Translations under genes and position numbers: made by a program
Shown: piece by piece, positions 9,380-19,008 of the stretch
Numbering within the stretch: the first letter of the stretch is position 1
How the letters are laid out: each line of letters begins with the position of its first letter
From: Patescibacteria group bacterium
GTDB taxonomy: Bacteria > Patescibacteriota > Minisyncoccia > Portnoybacterales > UBA2143
NCBI GenBank assembly: GCA_018830295.1
Contig: JAHJSM010000001.1
Location: forward strand, 193,980-257,979
Reading direction: 5' to 3'
DNA length: 64,000 nt
Notes under the pieces: generated by a model
Seen by the model: the letters and a program-made list of their open reading frames with translations, nothing else
Database searches by the model: none
Told to the model about the DNA's origin: nothing

Positions 9380-11427
9380 TGCTTTCCTTCTCATCCAAAA
9401 TTGAAGAAGTCAACAAAATAGGTCCCGCTTATTTGAAAAAGCTTCATCGGCTTAAAATCAAGACAATTCGGGACCTTTTTTTACATTTCCCTCATCGCTA
9501 CGATGATTTTAGCCATTTCGTTTCCATTAGCGAACTGCAAATCAATCAAGTCGCGACAATCCAAGGAGAGGTCGTTAAAATTAATTACGCTTCGCGGAGT
9601 CAATGGCGAAGAATGGGACTGACCGAAGCGCTTGTTAAAGACGAGACGGGGACTATCAAAGCGGTCTGGTTTAATCAACCCTATCTGACTGAAACATTAA
9701 AAGAAGGCGTAAAAGTCAATCTTTCCGGCAAGATTGCGCGCGTGAAAACCGCCTTTTCTTTTTCCAATCCCGCCTACGAGGTTGTTAATAAGGAGGACTT
9801 CACCCACACGGGTCGCTTGGTCCCCGTCTACCACGAAACCGCCGGATTAAGTTCCCGCTATTTGCGATATATTATCAAACCGCTTCTCTATTTAACTGAA
9901 ACAGCGAACGACTTTCTCCCTGAAGAAATTCAAAAAGAATTTGGTTTAGACAATCTTAATCAATCCATCCAGCAAATCCATTTCCCCTCGGATGCCCTCT
10001 CCGCGCAAAAAGCCCGCCGGCGCCTCGCCTTTAACGAACTTTTTTTAATTCAACTCAATACTCTGTTGCAAAAGAAAGAACTGGAAAAAAAAAGAGCGAC
10101 TGCCATTCCCTTTAATCAAAAACTAATTAAGTCATTCGTTAAAAAACTACCCTTTAAACTCACTGACGACCAGCGAGTCGCCGCTTGGGAAATATTTCAG
10201 GACATGGAGAAAAACAAGCCTATGAACCGCCTGCTTGACGGCGATGTCGGCTCGGGCAAAACAATCGCCGCCCTAATCGCCGCCTTGCAAACGGCAAAAG
10301 CCGGATACCAAACGGCGTTTATGGCGCCAACTGAGATCTTGGCAAGACAGCACTTCCAAACATTCCAAAATTTTCTTAAAGAACAGGACTTAAATATCGC
10401 CCTTTTAACCAGTTCTGTCCCCAAAACCAAACTAAAAAAATTAATACGCGACGGAGAAGTGGATATTATTATCGGAACGCACTCCCTCATCCAGGAAAGC
10501 GTTTCTTTTAAAAACTTGGCTTTGGCGATCGTTGACGAACAGCACAGATTTGGCGTCATCCAAAGAGCCGCCTTGCAAAAAAATATTTACGAAATGGAAG
10601 ACGGTCTGCCGACTATCCCCCATCTCCTTTCTATGACCGCCACCCCAATTCCGCGCACCTTGGCGCTCACTATTTACGGCGACCTTGCTCTTTCCATAAT
10701 TAAAGAAATGCCCAAAGGAAGACAAAAAGTTATCACCAAAATCGTCGCTCCCGCCGGACGCCAAAAAACTTACGACTTTATTAAAAATCAAATTGAAAAG
10801 AAAAAACAGGCCTTTGTTATTTGCCCCCTCATAGAAAAACTTGATGAAGAAATTAAATCCGTGACGAAAGAATACAAAAAACTGTCCGAGGAAATTTTTC
10901 CTCATTTTAATGTGGCGATGCTGCACGGAAAACTCAAACCGAAAGAAAAAGAAACAATTATGAAAGAATTCAGCGAAGGGATAACTGACATTTTGGTTTC
11001 CACTTCCGTCGTTGAAGTCGGAGTTGATGTTCCCAACGCGACCGTGATGCTGATTGAAGGCGCGGAAAGATTCGGGCTAGCCCAACTCCACCAATTCCGC
11101 GGAAGAATCGGAAGGGGAGACGCGCAATCATACTGCTTCCTTTTTACCAGCCCCAAGAGCGCCAAAATTAGCGGTCGCCTCAAAGCGATCGTCAACTGCC
11201 ATAATGGATTTGAATTAGCCGAAAAAGACCTTCAATTAAGAGGACCTGGCGACTTCACGGGAGTTCGTCAATGGGGTTTGCCCGATTTGGTTATGTCGTC
11301 CCTGAACGACTTGGAATTAGTCAAACAAACCCGCCAAGCCGCGCGGACTGTTTTAGAAAAGAACCTCCTCACTCCCGCCCTCAAAGAAGAATTAAAAAAA
11401 TTCCAAACAGCGCTCCATTTGGAGTGA
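9379..11427 (+). CDS. recG: ATP-dependent DNA helicase RecG
   Basis: RLLDGDVGSGKT, VDEQHRFG, MTATPIPRTL, QLHQFRGRIGRG, DLQLRGPG. Confidence 0.95.
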   Translation: MLSFSSKIEEVNKIGPAYLKKLHRLKIKTIRDLFLHFPHRYDDFSHFVSISELQINQVATIQGEVVKINYASRSQWRRMGLTEALVKDETGTIKAVWFNQPYLTETLKEGVKVNLSGKIARVKTAFSFSNPAYEVVNKEDFTHTGRLVPVYHETAGLSSRYLRYIIKPLLYLTETANDFLPEEIQKEFGLDNLNQSIQQIHFPSDALSAQKARRRLAFNELFLIQLNTLLQKKELEKKRATAIPFNQKLIKSFVKKLPFKLTDDQRVAAWEIFQDMEKNKPMNRLLDGDVGSGKTIAALIAALQTAKAGYQTAFMAPTEILARQHFQTFQNFLKEQDLNIALLTSSVPKTKLKKLIRDGEVDIIIGTHSLIQESVSFKNLALAIVDEQHRFGVIQRAALQKNIYEMEDGLPTIPHLLSMTATPIPRTLALTIYGDLALSIIKEMPKGRQKVITKIVAPAGRQKTYDFIKNQIEKKKQAFVICPLIEKLDEEIKSVTKEYKKLSEEIFPHFNVAMLHGKLKPKEKETIMKEFSEGITDILVSTSVVEVGVDVPNATVMLIEGAERFGLAQLHQFRGRIGRGDAQSYCFLFTSPKSAKISGRLKAIVNCHNGFELAEKDLQLRGPGDFTGVRQWGLPDLVMSSLNDLELVKQTRQAARTVLEKNLLTPALKEELKKFQTALHLE

Positions 11428-11429
11428 AA

Positions 11430-11462
11430 CGGGGGCTGCCCCCGCAACGGGAGCAGCCCCCA
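11430..11462. repeat. G4 palindromic doublet after recG stop
   Basis: cGGGGGCTGCCCCCgcaacGGGAGCAGCCCCCa. Confidence 0.85.
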
Positions 11463-11473
11463 GATTCAAACCC

Positions 11474-11501
11474 TTGACAAAATATCTTTATGTGGTAGGA
11501 T
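11474..11501 (+). promoter_or_regulatory. sigma70-type promoter for TraR/DksA-like gene
   Basis: TTGACA-16 nt-(TGG)TAGGAT. Confidence 0.6.
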
Positions 11502-11545
11502 ACAAGCAGTTCTTATAATTAACTTTTTTTCAAGGGGGGTATGAA

Positions 11546-11947
11546 ATGAGATTAACAGAAAAAGAAGTAAAAAGATTGTTAGCGGCCGAAAGAGCAAGAA
11601 CAGAAAAAGCAATCACGACGACTATATCAAAATCCTCGGCCGAACTTCGCGCAATTAGCGCGACAAAGGTAAAAAATTGTCGCAAGGATAACCATCCTAT
11701 AATGATGATTATCCACAGCGGAAGAATTGCCCAATTGAGAAAATATTTGGGCAAAATTAAGCAAGCATTTGAGAATTTGGAAAATGGTAAATACGGCATC
11801 TGTCATGTTTGCGGATGTCAAATTCCAACAGCGCGCTTGCGAGTCTGTCCGGCAACAAACACATGTATCACCTGTAAAAAAACGCTTAAATTCGTCACGG
11901 CGCCAATAATAACATTGCGCCGCGAAACCAGGGCAGCAGCCCTCTAA
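11546..11947 (+). CDS. TraR/DksA C4-type zinc finger protein
   Basis: GKYGICHVCGCQIPTARLRVCPATNTCITC. Confidence 0.8.
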   Translation: MRLTEKEVKRLLAAERARTEKAITTTISKSSAELRAISATKVKNCRKDNHPIMMIIHSGRIAQLRKYLGKIKQAFENLENGKYGICHVCGCQIPTARLRVCPATNTCITCKKTLKFVTAPIITLRRETRAAAL

Positions 11948-11998
11948 CTCAACAACAGGGGAAATGGTAAAAACGCCATTCCCCTGTTTTATTTTCCC

Positions 11999-13558
11999 CT
12001 ATTTCTTACTTTTCGGCGTCACCCAAAATCCCATATACTTCCCAATCATTAACCGCGTTTGCGATTCCAATCCAGGGATAGCGCCAAAAAACAAAATCGT
12101 CACGGGAACTAAAATCCACTGGATAATCATGCTAAAATATTTCAGCCGCCCCTTAACGCCACTTTTGTATTTCTCTGGTCTTTTTGGCAAAAGCAAAGTG
12201 CTATAAATCGCGGACCCGACTAATCCAACCATCGCCAAAGTCATCAAAATTCTTGTCACGCGCGGCAAATTATATGATAAAACCGTCACATTAAATTCTT
12301 GTCCGCCCAAAGCCAAAGGGAGCCAGCCCAAAAAGAAAATCAGCAACGCGTTCGTCGCCCACGACCAAAATCCCTCCAACTGAATCCAGGTCCAATGAAA
12401 TTTTTGCCGCCAAGGTATTTTTTTATTTTTCAAAAAACCAAAAAGGAGAAAAGGAATATTCTCCGCCCCCCAGCCCCATCGCCTCTGTTGCTTATAGACA
12501 TTAAGACATGTTTTTAAAAACGACGAAGACAAATTAGCGTCCATTGAAACAGGGTAATTGAGCGGAATTGTTTGATATTTCCCGTCGTAAAAAAGCAAAT
12601 TTTTCCAAAAAATCCGCGAATCCTCCGAAACAATATTGACCGACCAAAAATCAACATCAACCAACGCCTGAAAACTGACCGCTTGCGAAGAAAAAGTGGA
12701 GAGCCGTTCTGGTCTTTGCTGCTGGATCATCTGCCAAAATGTCCCTGAAGTCGCGACGACTCGAGAAACCGATGGCGCGTCCCAAATATTATTATTATAA
12801 ACCGGAATCGGCTGATAACTTGAACGGGTCGGTTTTTTAGCAGTTAAATAATGATACGACAAACAAGAAAAATATCGCGGATAAACTTGCGTATCAATAT
12901 CAAAACAAGAAACGACAATATTTTTATAAGGAATTTTCAACGGGTCAATAATTTTTTTCTTAACTTGGCGCGCGCCATATGAAGAATTTGAGCCCTTGCA
13001 AGCCATTTCGCCTGCGACGCCTTCGGGATGAACCGTAATCAAAAAGTCAAAAAAATATCCGCCAAATTCTTTTCTCGCTTTTCGCGCTCTATTTCTGGCA
13101 GACAAACCCGCCCTTTCTTCCACCGCTAAGACAACAATCATTTTGTCTTTTGGATAATCGGATTCAGTAATCGCCCGCAAGGTGGTTTGAATCACGGAGA
13201 GCGGCTCTTTGTAAACAGGCAAAACAATTAAATGATGTATTTTTTGCCATTTCTTACCGCCCAGAGATTTAACCTTGCCGAGCCAATCAACCGATAATTG
13301 CTTTTTCATCTGACGATAACTAATTCTCAAATGAAAAGAAAGATAAACTGTTTTCAAGAGCCAATAGACATCAAAAGCGATAATAAAAAAGGCCGCCCAA
13401 ATCGGTTGAGCCCAAGACAAAAAAACAATCCCTAAAAGCGTCGCCCAAGCCAAAAATCCAGGCAAAATTTCCAAAGCCCGATAAACAATCCTCTCCCATC
13501 TCTTTTCTAAATCCCCCGCCTTCCCAATTTTTAAATAATATTTTTCAGATGGCAGCAT
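11999..13558 (-). CDS. Membrane glycosyltransferase family 2
   Basis: PVYKE, FDID, SED, QQRRWGWG (QxxRW), multiple TMs. Confidence 0.85.
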   Translation of the reverse strand: MLPSEKYYLKIGKAGDLEKRWERIVYRALEILPGFLAWATLLGIVFLSWAQPIWAAFFIIAFDVYWLLKTVYLSFHLRISYRQMKKQLSVDWLGKVKSLGGKKWQKIHHLIVLPVYKEPLSVIQTTLRAITESDYPKDKMIVVLAVEERAGLSARNRARKARKEFGGYFFDFLITVHPEGVAGEMACKGSNSSYGARQVKKKIIDPLKIPYKNIVVSCFDIDTQVYPRYFSCLSYHYLTAKKPTRSSYQPIPVYNNNIWDAPSVSRVVATSGTFWQMIQQQRPERLSTFSSQAVSFQALVDVDFWSVNIVSEDSRIFWKNLLFYDGKYQTIPLNYPVSMDANLSSSFLKTCLNVYKQQRRWGWGAENIPFLLFGFLKNKKIPWRQKFHWTWIQLEGFWSWATNALLIFFLGWLPLALGGQEFNVTVLSYNLPRVTRILMTLAMVGLVGSAIYSTLLLPKRPEKYKSGVKGRLKYFSMIIQWILVPVTILFFGAIPGLESQTRLMIGKYMGFWVTPKSKK

Positions 13559-13641
13559 ATAAAAATCCTATCCCAAAACCAACCCCAACGCAAGCAAAAT
13601 AAAAACCGCCGGCGTTTTTGCCGGCGGCATATTACAAAAAA

Positions 13642-14067
13642 CTACAATGACATTTCAGCAGCCATAAACCGCGTTTTCGCGGCTACAGAATACTTTTTCC
13701 CATTTACGAATCCTTGCAGATGTTCCCTGCCTCCTTTTTCCACAAGACAAGCATCTGAAATTTTTACAAGTTCTTTCGCGGGTGTTCCATTCCCTTTTCG
13801 GGGAAGAATATTGACATAATTGTAAACAACCCCGCGACATAAACTTTCCACTGTGCATATTCGTTTATTTATTTGCCGCGCGACATTCTTTATGTCGTCC
13901 TCTGACATTTCGCCAAAAAATTCTTGGCTAACATCTGACCAATCCTGATACTTTTCCGAATTCATTTTTGTTTCGAAAAGAAAATCTTCTGAAAAATAAA
14001 TGCTACCTTCATAAAATTCAACTACTGCCCCTCCGCCTAACACTCTTGTTACTTTATCAACTTCCAT
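13642..14067 (-). CDS. Hypothetical protein (orphan, downstream of tRNA-Glu)
   Basis: 141-aa ORF with AAGGGGG SD; hairpin at 13605-13628 downstream. Confidence 0.6.
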   Translation of the reverse strand: MEVDKVTRVLGGGAVVEFYEGSIYFSEDFLFETKMNSEKYQDWSDVSQEFFGEMSEDDIKNVARQINKRICTVESLCRGVVYNYVNILPRKGNGTPAKELVKISDACLVEKGGREHLQGFVNGKKYSVAAKTRFMAAEMSL

Positions 14068-14120
14068 TTTACCCCCTTTTATATGATTATTAAATTTTTA
14101 AAAAACTAAACAAAGACCGC

Positions 14121-14195
14121 TGGTAGCCCTAAGGGGAATCGAACCCCTGTTGCCAGAATGAAAATCTGGAGTCCTAACCACTAGACGATAGGGCC
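14121..14195 (-). tRNA. tRNA-Glu(TTC)
   Basis: ccaga-ttTTCat-tctgg; encoded CCA. Confidence 0.93.
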
Positions 14196-14241
14196 GAAAA
14201 ACTTGTCATATAATACAAGTTAGAATATGATTTGTAAAGAT

Positions 14242-15273
14242 ATGATTATTTTAGCCATTGAAACATCTTGCGACGATACGGGAGTTGCCGTGGTTGAAGC
14301 CGACTCAAAAGGATGTCTGATTTTATCTAATATCGTCTCGTCACAAATAAAAGTCCATGCTCCTTACGGCGGCGTCGTGCCTAATTTAGCCGCGCGCGCT
14401 CATTTAAAAAATATCAAACCCTGTTTTGAAAGGGCGCTCAAAGAAGCAAAAAATCCTAAAATTGATTTAATCGCCGTCACAGTCGGACCCGGACTTATCC
14501 CCTCTCTTTTAGTCGGCGTCAACTTCGCCAAAGCCCTCGCCTACGCCCAGAAAATACCGATTACGGGCGTCAACCATATAGAAGGCCATATCTACGCCAA
14601 TTGGCTCCTGTCAATTCAAAATTCAAAATTTCCAATTCTCTGTCTCGTCGTGAGCGGGGGGCATACGCAATTGATTCTAATGGAAGGTTATGGAAAATAC
14701 AAACTACTTGGAGAAACGCGAGATGACGCGGCGGGCGAAGCGTTTGATAAAACGGCGAAATTGCTCGGGCTCGGCTATCCAGGCGGACCAATTCTCGCCC
14801 AAAAAGCGAAAAAGGGAAACCCGCGCGCTTTTAATTTGCCCCGCCCAATGATTCGCGCGAACAATTTTGATTTTTCTTTTTCTGGATTAAAAACAGCCGT
14901 TCTTTATTTAGTCCGAGGCCTTAGGGACAGTCCCCAATCCTTGGGGACTGTCCCTATTTCTGATATCTGCGCCTCTTTCCAACAAGCTGCGATTGATGTC
15001 TTGGTTAGCAAAACAATAAGAGCCGCGAAAAAATACAAAACAAAAACAATTATGCTTTCGGGCGGCGTGGCAGCAAACCAAGAATTAAGAAAACAACTAA
15101 AAAACGAGATTGAAAAAAATCTCCCCAACGCTAACTTCCATGTCCCGCCCATAGAATTCTGCTGTGACAACGCCGCGATGATCGCTGCTGTTGCTGCTTT
15201 TGGGGGCTGCCCCCGTTGCGGGGGCAGCCCCCAAAAAATCCAAGCCAACGCTAATTTGAAATTAATTGCCTAG
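14242..15273 (+). CDS. tsaD: tRNA t6A synthase TsaD (two in-frame palindrome insertions)
   Basis: ILAIETSCDDT, HIEGH, VSGGHT, TRDDAAGEAFDK, DFSFSGLKT, DNAAMIA. Confidence 0.95.
   Translation: MIILAIETSCDDTGVAVVEADSKGCLILSNIVSSQIKVHAPYGGVVPNLAARAHLKNIKPCFERALKEAKNPKIDLIAVTVGPGLIPSLLVGVNFAKALAYAQKIPITGVNHIEGHIYANWLLSIQNSKFPILCLVVSGGHTQLILMEGYGKYKLLGETRDDAAGEAFDKTAKLLGLGYPGGPILAQKAKKGNPRAFNLPRPMIRANNFDFSFSGLKTAVLYLVRGLRDSPQSLGTVPISDICASFQQAAIDVLVSKTIRAAKKYKTKTIMLSGGVAANQELRKQLKNEIEKNLPNANFHVPPIEFCCDNAAMIAAVAAFGGCPRCGGSPQKIQANANLKLIA
14922..14956. repeat. G4 palindromic doublet, in frame in tsaD
   Basis: taGGGACAGTCCCCaatccttGGGGACTGTCCCta (LRDSPQSLGTVP). Confidence 0.85.
15198..15236. repeat. 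G4 palindromic doublet, in frame in tsaD C-terminus
   Basis: ttttGGGGGCTGCCCCCgttgcGGGGGCAGCCCCCaaaa (FGGCPRCGGSPQ). Confidence 0.85.
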
Positions 15274-15277
15274 CAAA

Positions 15278-15310
15278 CGGGGACAGTCCCCGTTGCGGGG
15301 ACTGTCCCCA
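15278..15310. repeat. G4 palindromic doublet between tsaD and valS
   Basis: cGGGGACAGTCCCCgttgcGGGGACTGTCCCCa. Confidence 0.9.
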
Positions 15311-15333
15311 TCAGGTACAATATAATAACGCCG

Positions 15334-17382
15334 ATGAAAGAACTACCTACACAATATGAACCAAAAGAGAATGAGGATAAGATTTACCAACTTTGGGAAA
15401 AGTCGGGTTATTTTAATCCCGATAATCTTAAGACAAAGAAAACGGCTAAAACCTACACCATCGCCATCCCTCCTCCAAATGTGACTGGCGAGCTTCATAT
15501 GGGGCACGCGCTAAACGCTTTTATTCAGGATGTTTTAATTCGCTGGAAAAGAATGCAAGGATTCAAAACGCTTTGGGTTCCGGGGACGGACCATGCCGGC
15601 ATCGCCACGCAAAATGTTGTTGAAAAAAAATTAAAAAAAGAAGGACTCAACCGCCATATTTTAGGAAAAGAAAAATTCCTTGAGAAAATTTGGGAGTGGC
15701 GCGCGGAATACGGAAATTTGATTTTAGAACAATTGAAAAAAATGGGCTCCTCTTGCGACTGGAGCCGGACTGCTTTCACAATGGATGAAAGTTATCAAGA
15801 CGCGGTCAAGGCGGCTTTTTTACATTACTACAAAAAAGGATGGATTTATCAAGGAGAAAGAGTTATCAACTGGTGCGTCAAATGCCAAACAAGTTTGTCC
15901 GACTTGGAACTTGAACACAAAGAAGAAAAAGGGCATTTATGGTATATTAAATATCCTCAAATAACCGTCGCGACCACTCGGCCGGAGACGATGTTAGGAG
16001 ATACGGCGGTCGCGGTTAATCCGAGGGATAAGCGATACAAAAAATTAATTGGGCAAAAAATTATTCTTCCTTTAGTTGGACGAGAAATCCCCATAATCGC
16101 CGATCGAACCGTTGACCCAGAATTTGGAACAGGCGCGGTTAAAGTGACGCCCGCCCATTCTATGGCTGACGCGGAAATCGCCCTGCGAAACAATTTACCC
16201 ACGATTCAAGTTATTAACACTCTCGGCAAAATGACGGAAAAAGCCGGCGCGCAATTTGAGGGCTTGTCTGTTTTAGACGCGAGACAAAAGGTTGTTGAAG
16301 AATTAGAAAAGGAAGGCCTTTTAGAAAAAACAGAAGATTATCTTCACCAAATCCCCCATTGCTATCGCTGCGACCGCGCAATTGAACCGCTCGTTAGTCA
16401 GCAATGGTTTTTAAAAATGGACGAACTCGCCAAAGTAGCGATGGAAGCGGTCGAAGGCGGGAAAGTTAAATTCCACCCGAAGCGATGGGAAAAAGTATAT
16501 TTTGACTGGCTGAACAATATTAGGGATTGGTGTATTTCGCGGCAAATTTGGTGGGGGCATAAAATTCCCATTGATGGAGTTGACGATGTTTTAGACACTT
16601 GGTTTTCTTCAGCGCTCTGGCCTTTCGCAGTCTTGGGTTGGCCCAAAAAAACAAAAGATTTGCGGGAATTTTATCCGACGGACACTGTCAGCACCGCGCG
16701 CGATATTATTAATCTTTGGGTTTCCAGAATGATTTTTTCCGGGCTGGAATTTAACAAAAAACCTCCGTTTAAGGATGTTATCATTCACGCGACTATCTTA
16801 AACAAAGACGGGCAAAGAATGAGCAAATCGCTCGGAACCGGCCGCAATCCCTTGGAATTGGTCAGTCAATACGGCGCTGACGCGACGAGGTTCGGCATGA
16901 TTTATCAGGTTTTAAACAATCAAGATATTAAATTCGCCGAAGAAAATATTTTAATGGGCAAAAAATTCGCTAATAAAATTTGGAACGCGAGCCGCTTTGC
17001 TCTGCAGCAAATCGGAAACGCAAAAATTAGCGTTCCAGACGCGAAATCATTGGCAAAAAACAAAAATCTGACCGCCGCCGATAAAAGAATTCTCAAAAAA
17101 CTTAGCGCGATCACGAAAAAAATAGACAAAAATTTAGAAAATTTTCAATTTGGAAAAGCCGCCCATTCGCTTTATGATTTCTTCTGGCATGACTTCTGCG
17201 ACAAATATATTGAAGAAGCGAAAAAACAAGATAATCTCCAAACAAAAAAAATCCTCGCTTTCGTTCTCCTTAATTCTCTAAAACTGCTTCATCCCTTTAT
17301 GCCCTTCGTCACAGAAACAATCTACCAAAAACTCCCCTTCGCGAAAAGGGACTGCTTAATGGTTGAGGAATGGCCAAGGTAA
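15334..17382 (+). CDS. valS: Valine--tRNA ligase (short, apparently lacking C-terminal coiled coil)
   Basis: PPPNVTGELHMGH, GTDHAGIATQ, DWCISRQIWWGH, RMSKS. Confidence 0.95.
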   Translation: MKELPTQYEPKENEDKIYQLWEKSGYFNPDNLKTKKTAKTYTIAIPPPNVTGELHMGHALNAFIQDVLIRWKRMQGFKTLWVPGTDHAGIATQNVVEKKLKKEGLNRHILGKEKFLEKIWEWRAEYGNLILEQLKKMGSSCDWSRTAFTMDESYQDAVKAAFLHYYKKGWIYQGERVINWCVKCQTSLSDLELEHKEEKGHLWYIKYPQITVATTRPETMLGDTAVAVNPRDKRYKKLIGQKIILPLVGREIPIIADRTVDPEFGTGAVKVTPAHSMADAEIALRNNLPTIQVINTLGKMTEKAGAQFEGLSVLDARQKVVEELEKEGLLEKTEDYLHQIPHCYRCDRAIEPLVSQQWFLKMDELAKVAMEAVEGGKVKFHPKRWEKVYFDWLNNIRDWCISRQIWWGHKIPIDGVDDVLDTWFSSALWPFAVLGWPKKTKDLREFYPTDTVSTARDIINLWVSRMIFSGLEFNKKPPFKDVIIHATILNKDGQRMSKSLGTGRNPLELVSQYGADATRFGMIYQVLNNQDIKFAEENILMGKKFANKIWNASRFALQQIGNAKISVPDAKSLAKNKNLTAADKRILKKLSAITKKIDKNLENFQFGKAAHSLYDFFWHDFCDKYIEEAKKQDNLQTKKILAFVLLNSLKLLHPFMPFVTETIYQKLPFAKRDCLMVEEWPR

Positions 17383-17562
17383 AATTTTCAATTTCTAATT
17401 TTCAATTTTCAAATAATTTTCAATGAATTAATTTACTAATTTTCAAATAAGAAAAATAAGAAGAGAGTATAAAAAAATTTAGAGATTGAGAAATTAAAAT
17501 GCCATTTGAAAATTTGGAAATTAAGAAATTATTTGAAAATTGAGAATTGAAAATTGAAAATT
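17383..17562. repeat. AT-rich inverted arrays of 7-nt repeats (AATTTTC / GAAAATT)
   Basis: Left arm 17383-17448 and right arm 17504-17562; outer ~37 nt are near-perfect reverse complements. Confidence 0.8.
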
Positions 17563-17570
17563 ACGCCCCC

Positions 17571-18326
17571 ATGCACTATTTTCTCTACATCTTCCTTGGT
17601 CTTCTTCCTAGTTTAATCTGGCTCTCTTTTTATTTAAGAAAAGACCAACGACCCGAGCCAAATTCAATCGTTTTAAAATTATTCTTTTGGGGAGTGCTTA
17701 TCACTCCTTTTGCAATTGTTTTGGAACTACTTTTGGTTTGGGCGCTTAACCCAAACTTGCAATTTTGGTCTATCTTGTCTCAAATGCCCCAAAACGGATT
17801 TTTAAAAATTATTTTGGCGGCGACATTGGTTCCCGCCGTTGTTGAGGAGTATCTAAAATACGCCGTTGTTAGGTTTAAATTCCTCAAAGATTCAGAATTT
17901 GACGAGCCAACCGATGTGATGATATACTGTATTATAGTCGGCTTGGGATTTGCCGCTGTGGAAAACTTGCTCGTTTTATTTAAAATTCCATCATCGGATA
18001 TTGGACAAGCGATTAGCGTCATCTCGCTCCGTTTTTTGGGAGCGACATTAGTCCACGCGCTCGCTTGCGGAATAGTCGGGTACTGGCTCGCCAAAGGACT
18101 GCTCCATTCCGATAACAGAAAGAAAATGGTTGCAATCGGGTTAGCCATTGCCATTACATTCCATAGTTGCTATAATTACCTTGTTGTCTCCATATCCCGA
18201 GCAACCGACTCTGAACAAAAATTATTATTCTTTTTTTCCGCCGCCATTTTTTTAATCGCGACCGCGCTTCTTGTTTCCTTTTATTTTCGCAAACTTAAAA
18301 AACATAAATCGGTTTGTAAATTATAA
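17571..18326 (+). CDS. PrsW family glutamic intramembrane protease
   Basis: VEEYLK, GLGFAAVEN, VHA, FHSCYN. Confidence 0.88.
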   Translation: MHYFLYIFLGLLPSLIWLSFYLRKDQRPEPNSIVLKLFFWGVLITPFAIVLELLLVWALNPNLQFWSILSQMPQNGFLKIILAATLVPAVVEEYLKYAVVRFKFLKDSEFDEPTDVMIYCIIVGLGFAAVENLLVLFKIPSSDIGQAISVISLRFLGATLVHALACGIVGYWLAKGLLHSDNRKKMVAIGLAIAITFHSCYNYLVVSISRATDSEQKLLFFFSAAIFLIATALLVSFYFRKLKKHKSVCKL

Positions 18327-18337
18327 TCTAAAAAAAT

Positions 18338-18892
18338 ATGCCAAAAAAATCATCATTTTTTGAAAAATTAACCGGCGCAAGTTGGTCGGAAGATAAGTTG
18401 TCCGCGGAAGAAAATATGGAAAAAGAAGAAAAGACCGAAGCAAGGCCCAAAAAAATAAAAACAAAAATGCGCAAAAAGGAAAAAATTTCAACCGCGGTTA
18501 ATGTCCCTAAAAAAGAAGTCATTGCTGACAAAAAGGACGCGGGCGACTGGATGGCTGAATCCGAGGGACAGTTGACAATTGATGTTTATCAGACCCCTAA
18601 CGAAATCGTGATTATGTCCACCATCGCCGGAGTTAAACCAGAAAACATTGATATTACGATGGCAAACGATATGATTACCATTAAAGGCAATCGCGAAAAA
18701 AGCGAGGATGTTAAAGAAGAAGATTATTATTACCAAGAATGTTATTGGGGACCTTTTTCCCGTTCGGTTATTCTTCCTATTGATGTCGAAGTTGACCATG
18801 CTCAAGCCTCAATGAAAAACGGAATTTTAACCATCAGATTGCCGAAAATAGAAAAGATAAAAACAAAGAAAATATCAATCAAGGCGGAATAA
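18338..18892 (+). CDS. Hsp20/alpha-crystallin family protein
   Basis: IDVYQT, ECYWGPFSRSVILP, ASMKNGILTIRLPK. Confidence 0.9.
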   Translation: MPKKSSFFEKLTGASWSEDKLSAEENMEKEEKTEARPKKIKTKMRKKEKISTAVNVPKKEVIADKKDAGDWMAESEGQLTIDVYQTPNEIVIMSTIAGVKPENIDITMANDMITIKGNREKSEDVKEEDYYYQECYWGPFSRSVILPIDVEVDHAQASMKNGILTIRLPKIEKIKTKKISIKAE

Positions 18893-18947
18893 GATATAAT
18901 TCTAACAAAGTTTAAAAACAGGAACATTCGTTCCTGTTTTTTGATAC

Positions 18948-18982
18948 ATGGGGGCAGCCCCCGCGACGGGGGCTGCCCCCAT
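18948..18982. repeat. G4 palindromic doublet, intergenic
   Basis: atGGGGGCAGCCCCCgcgacGGGGGCTGCCCCCat. Confidence 0.9.
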
Positions 18983-19008
18983 TCTTCTTTTATGCTATAA
19001 TATACATC

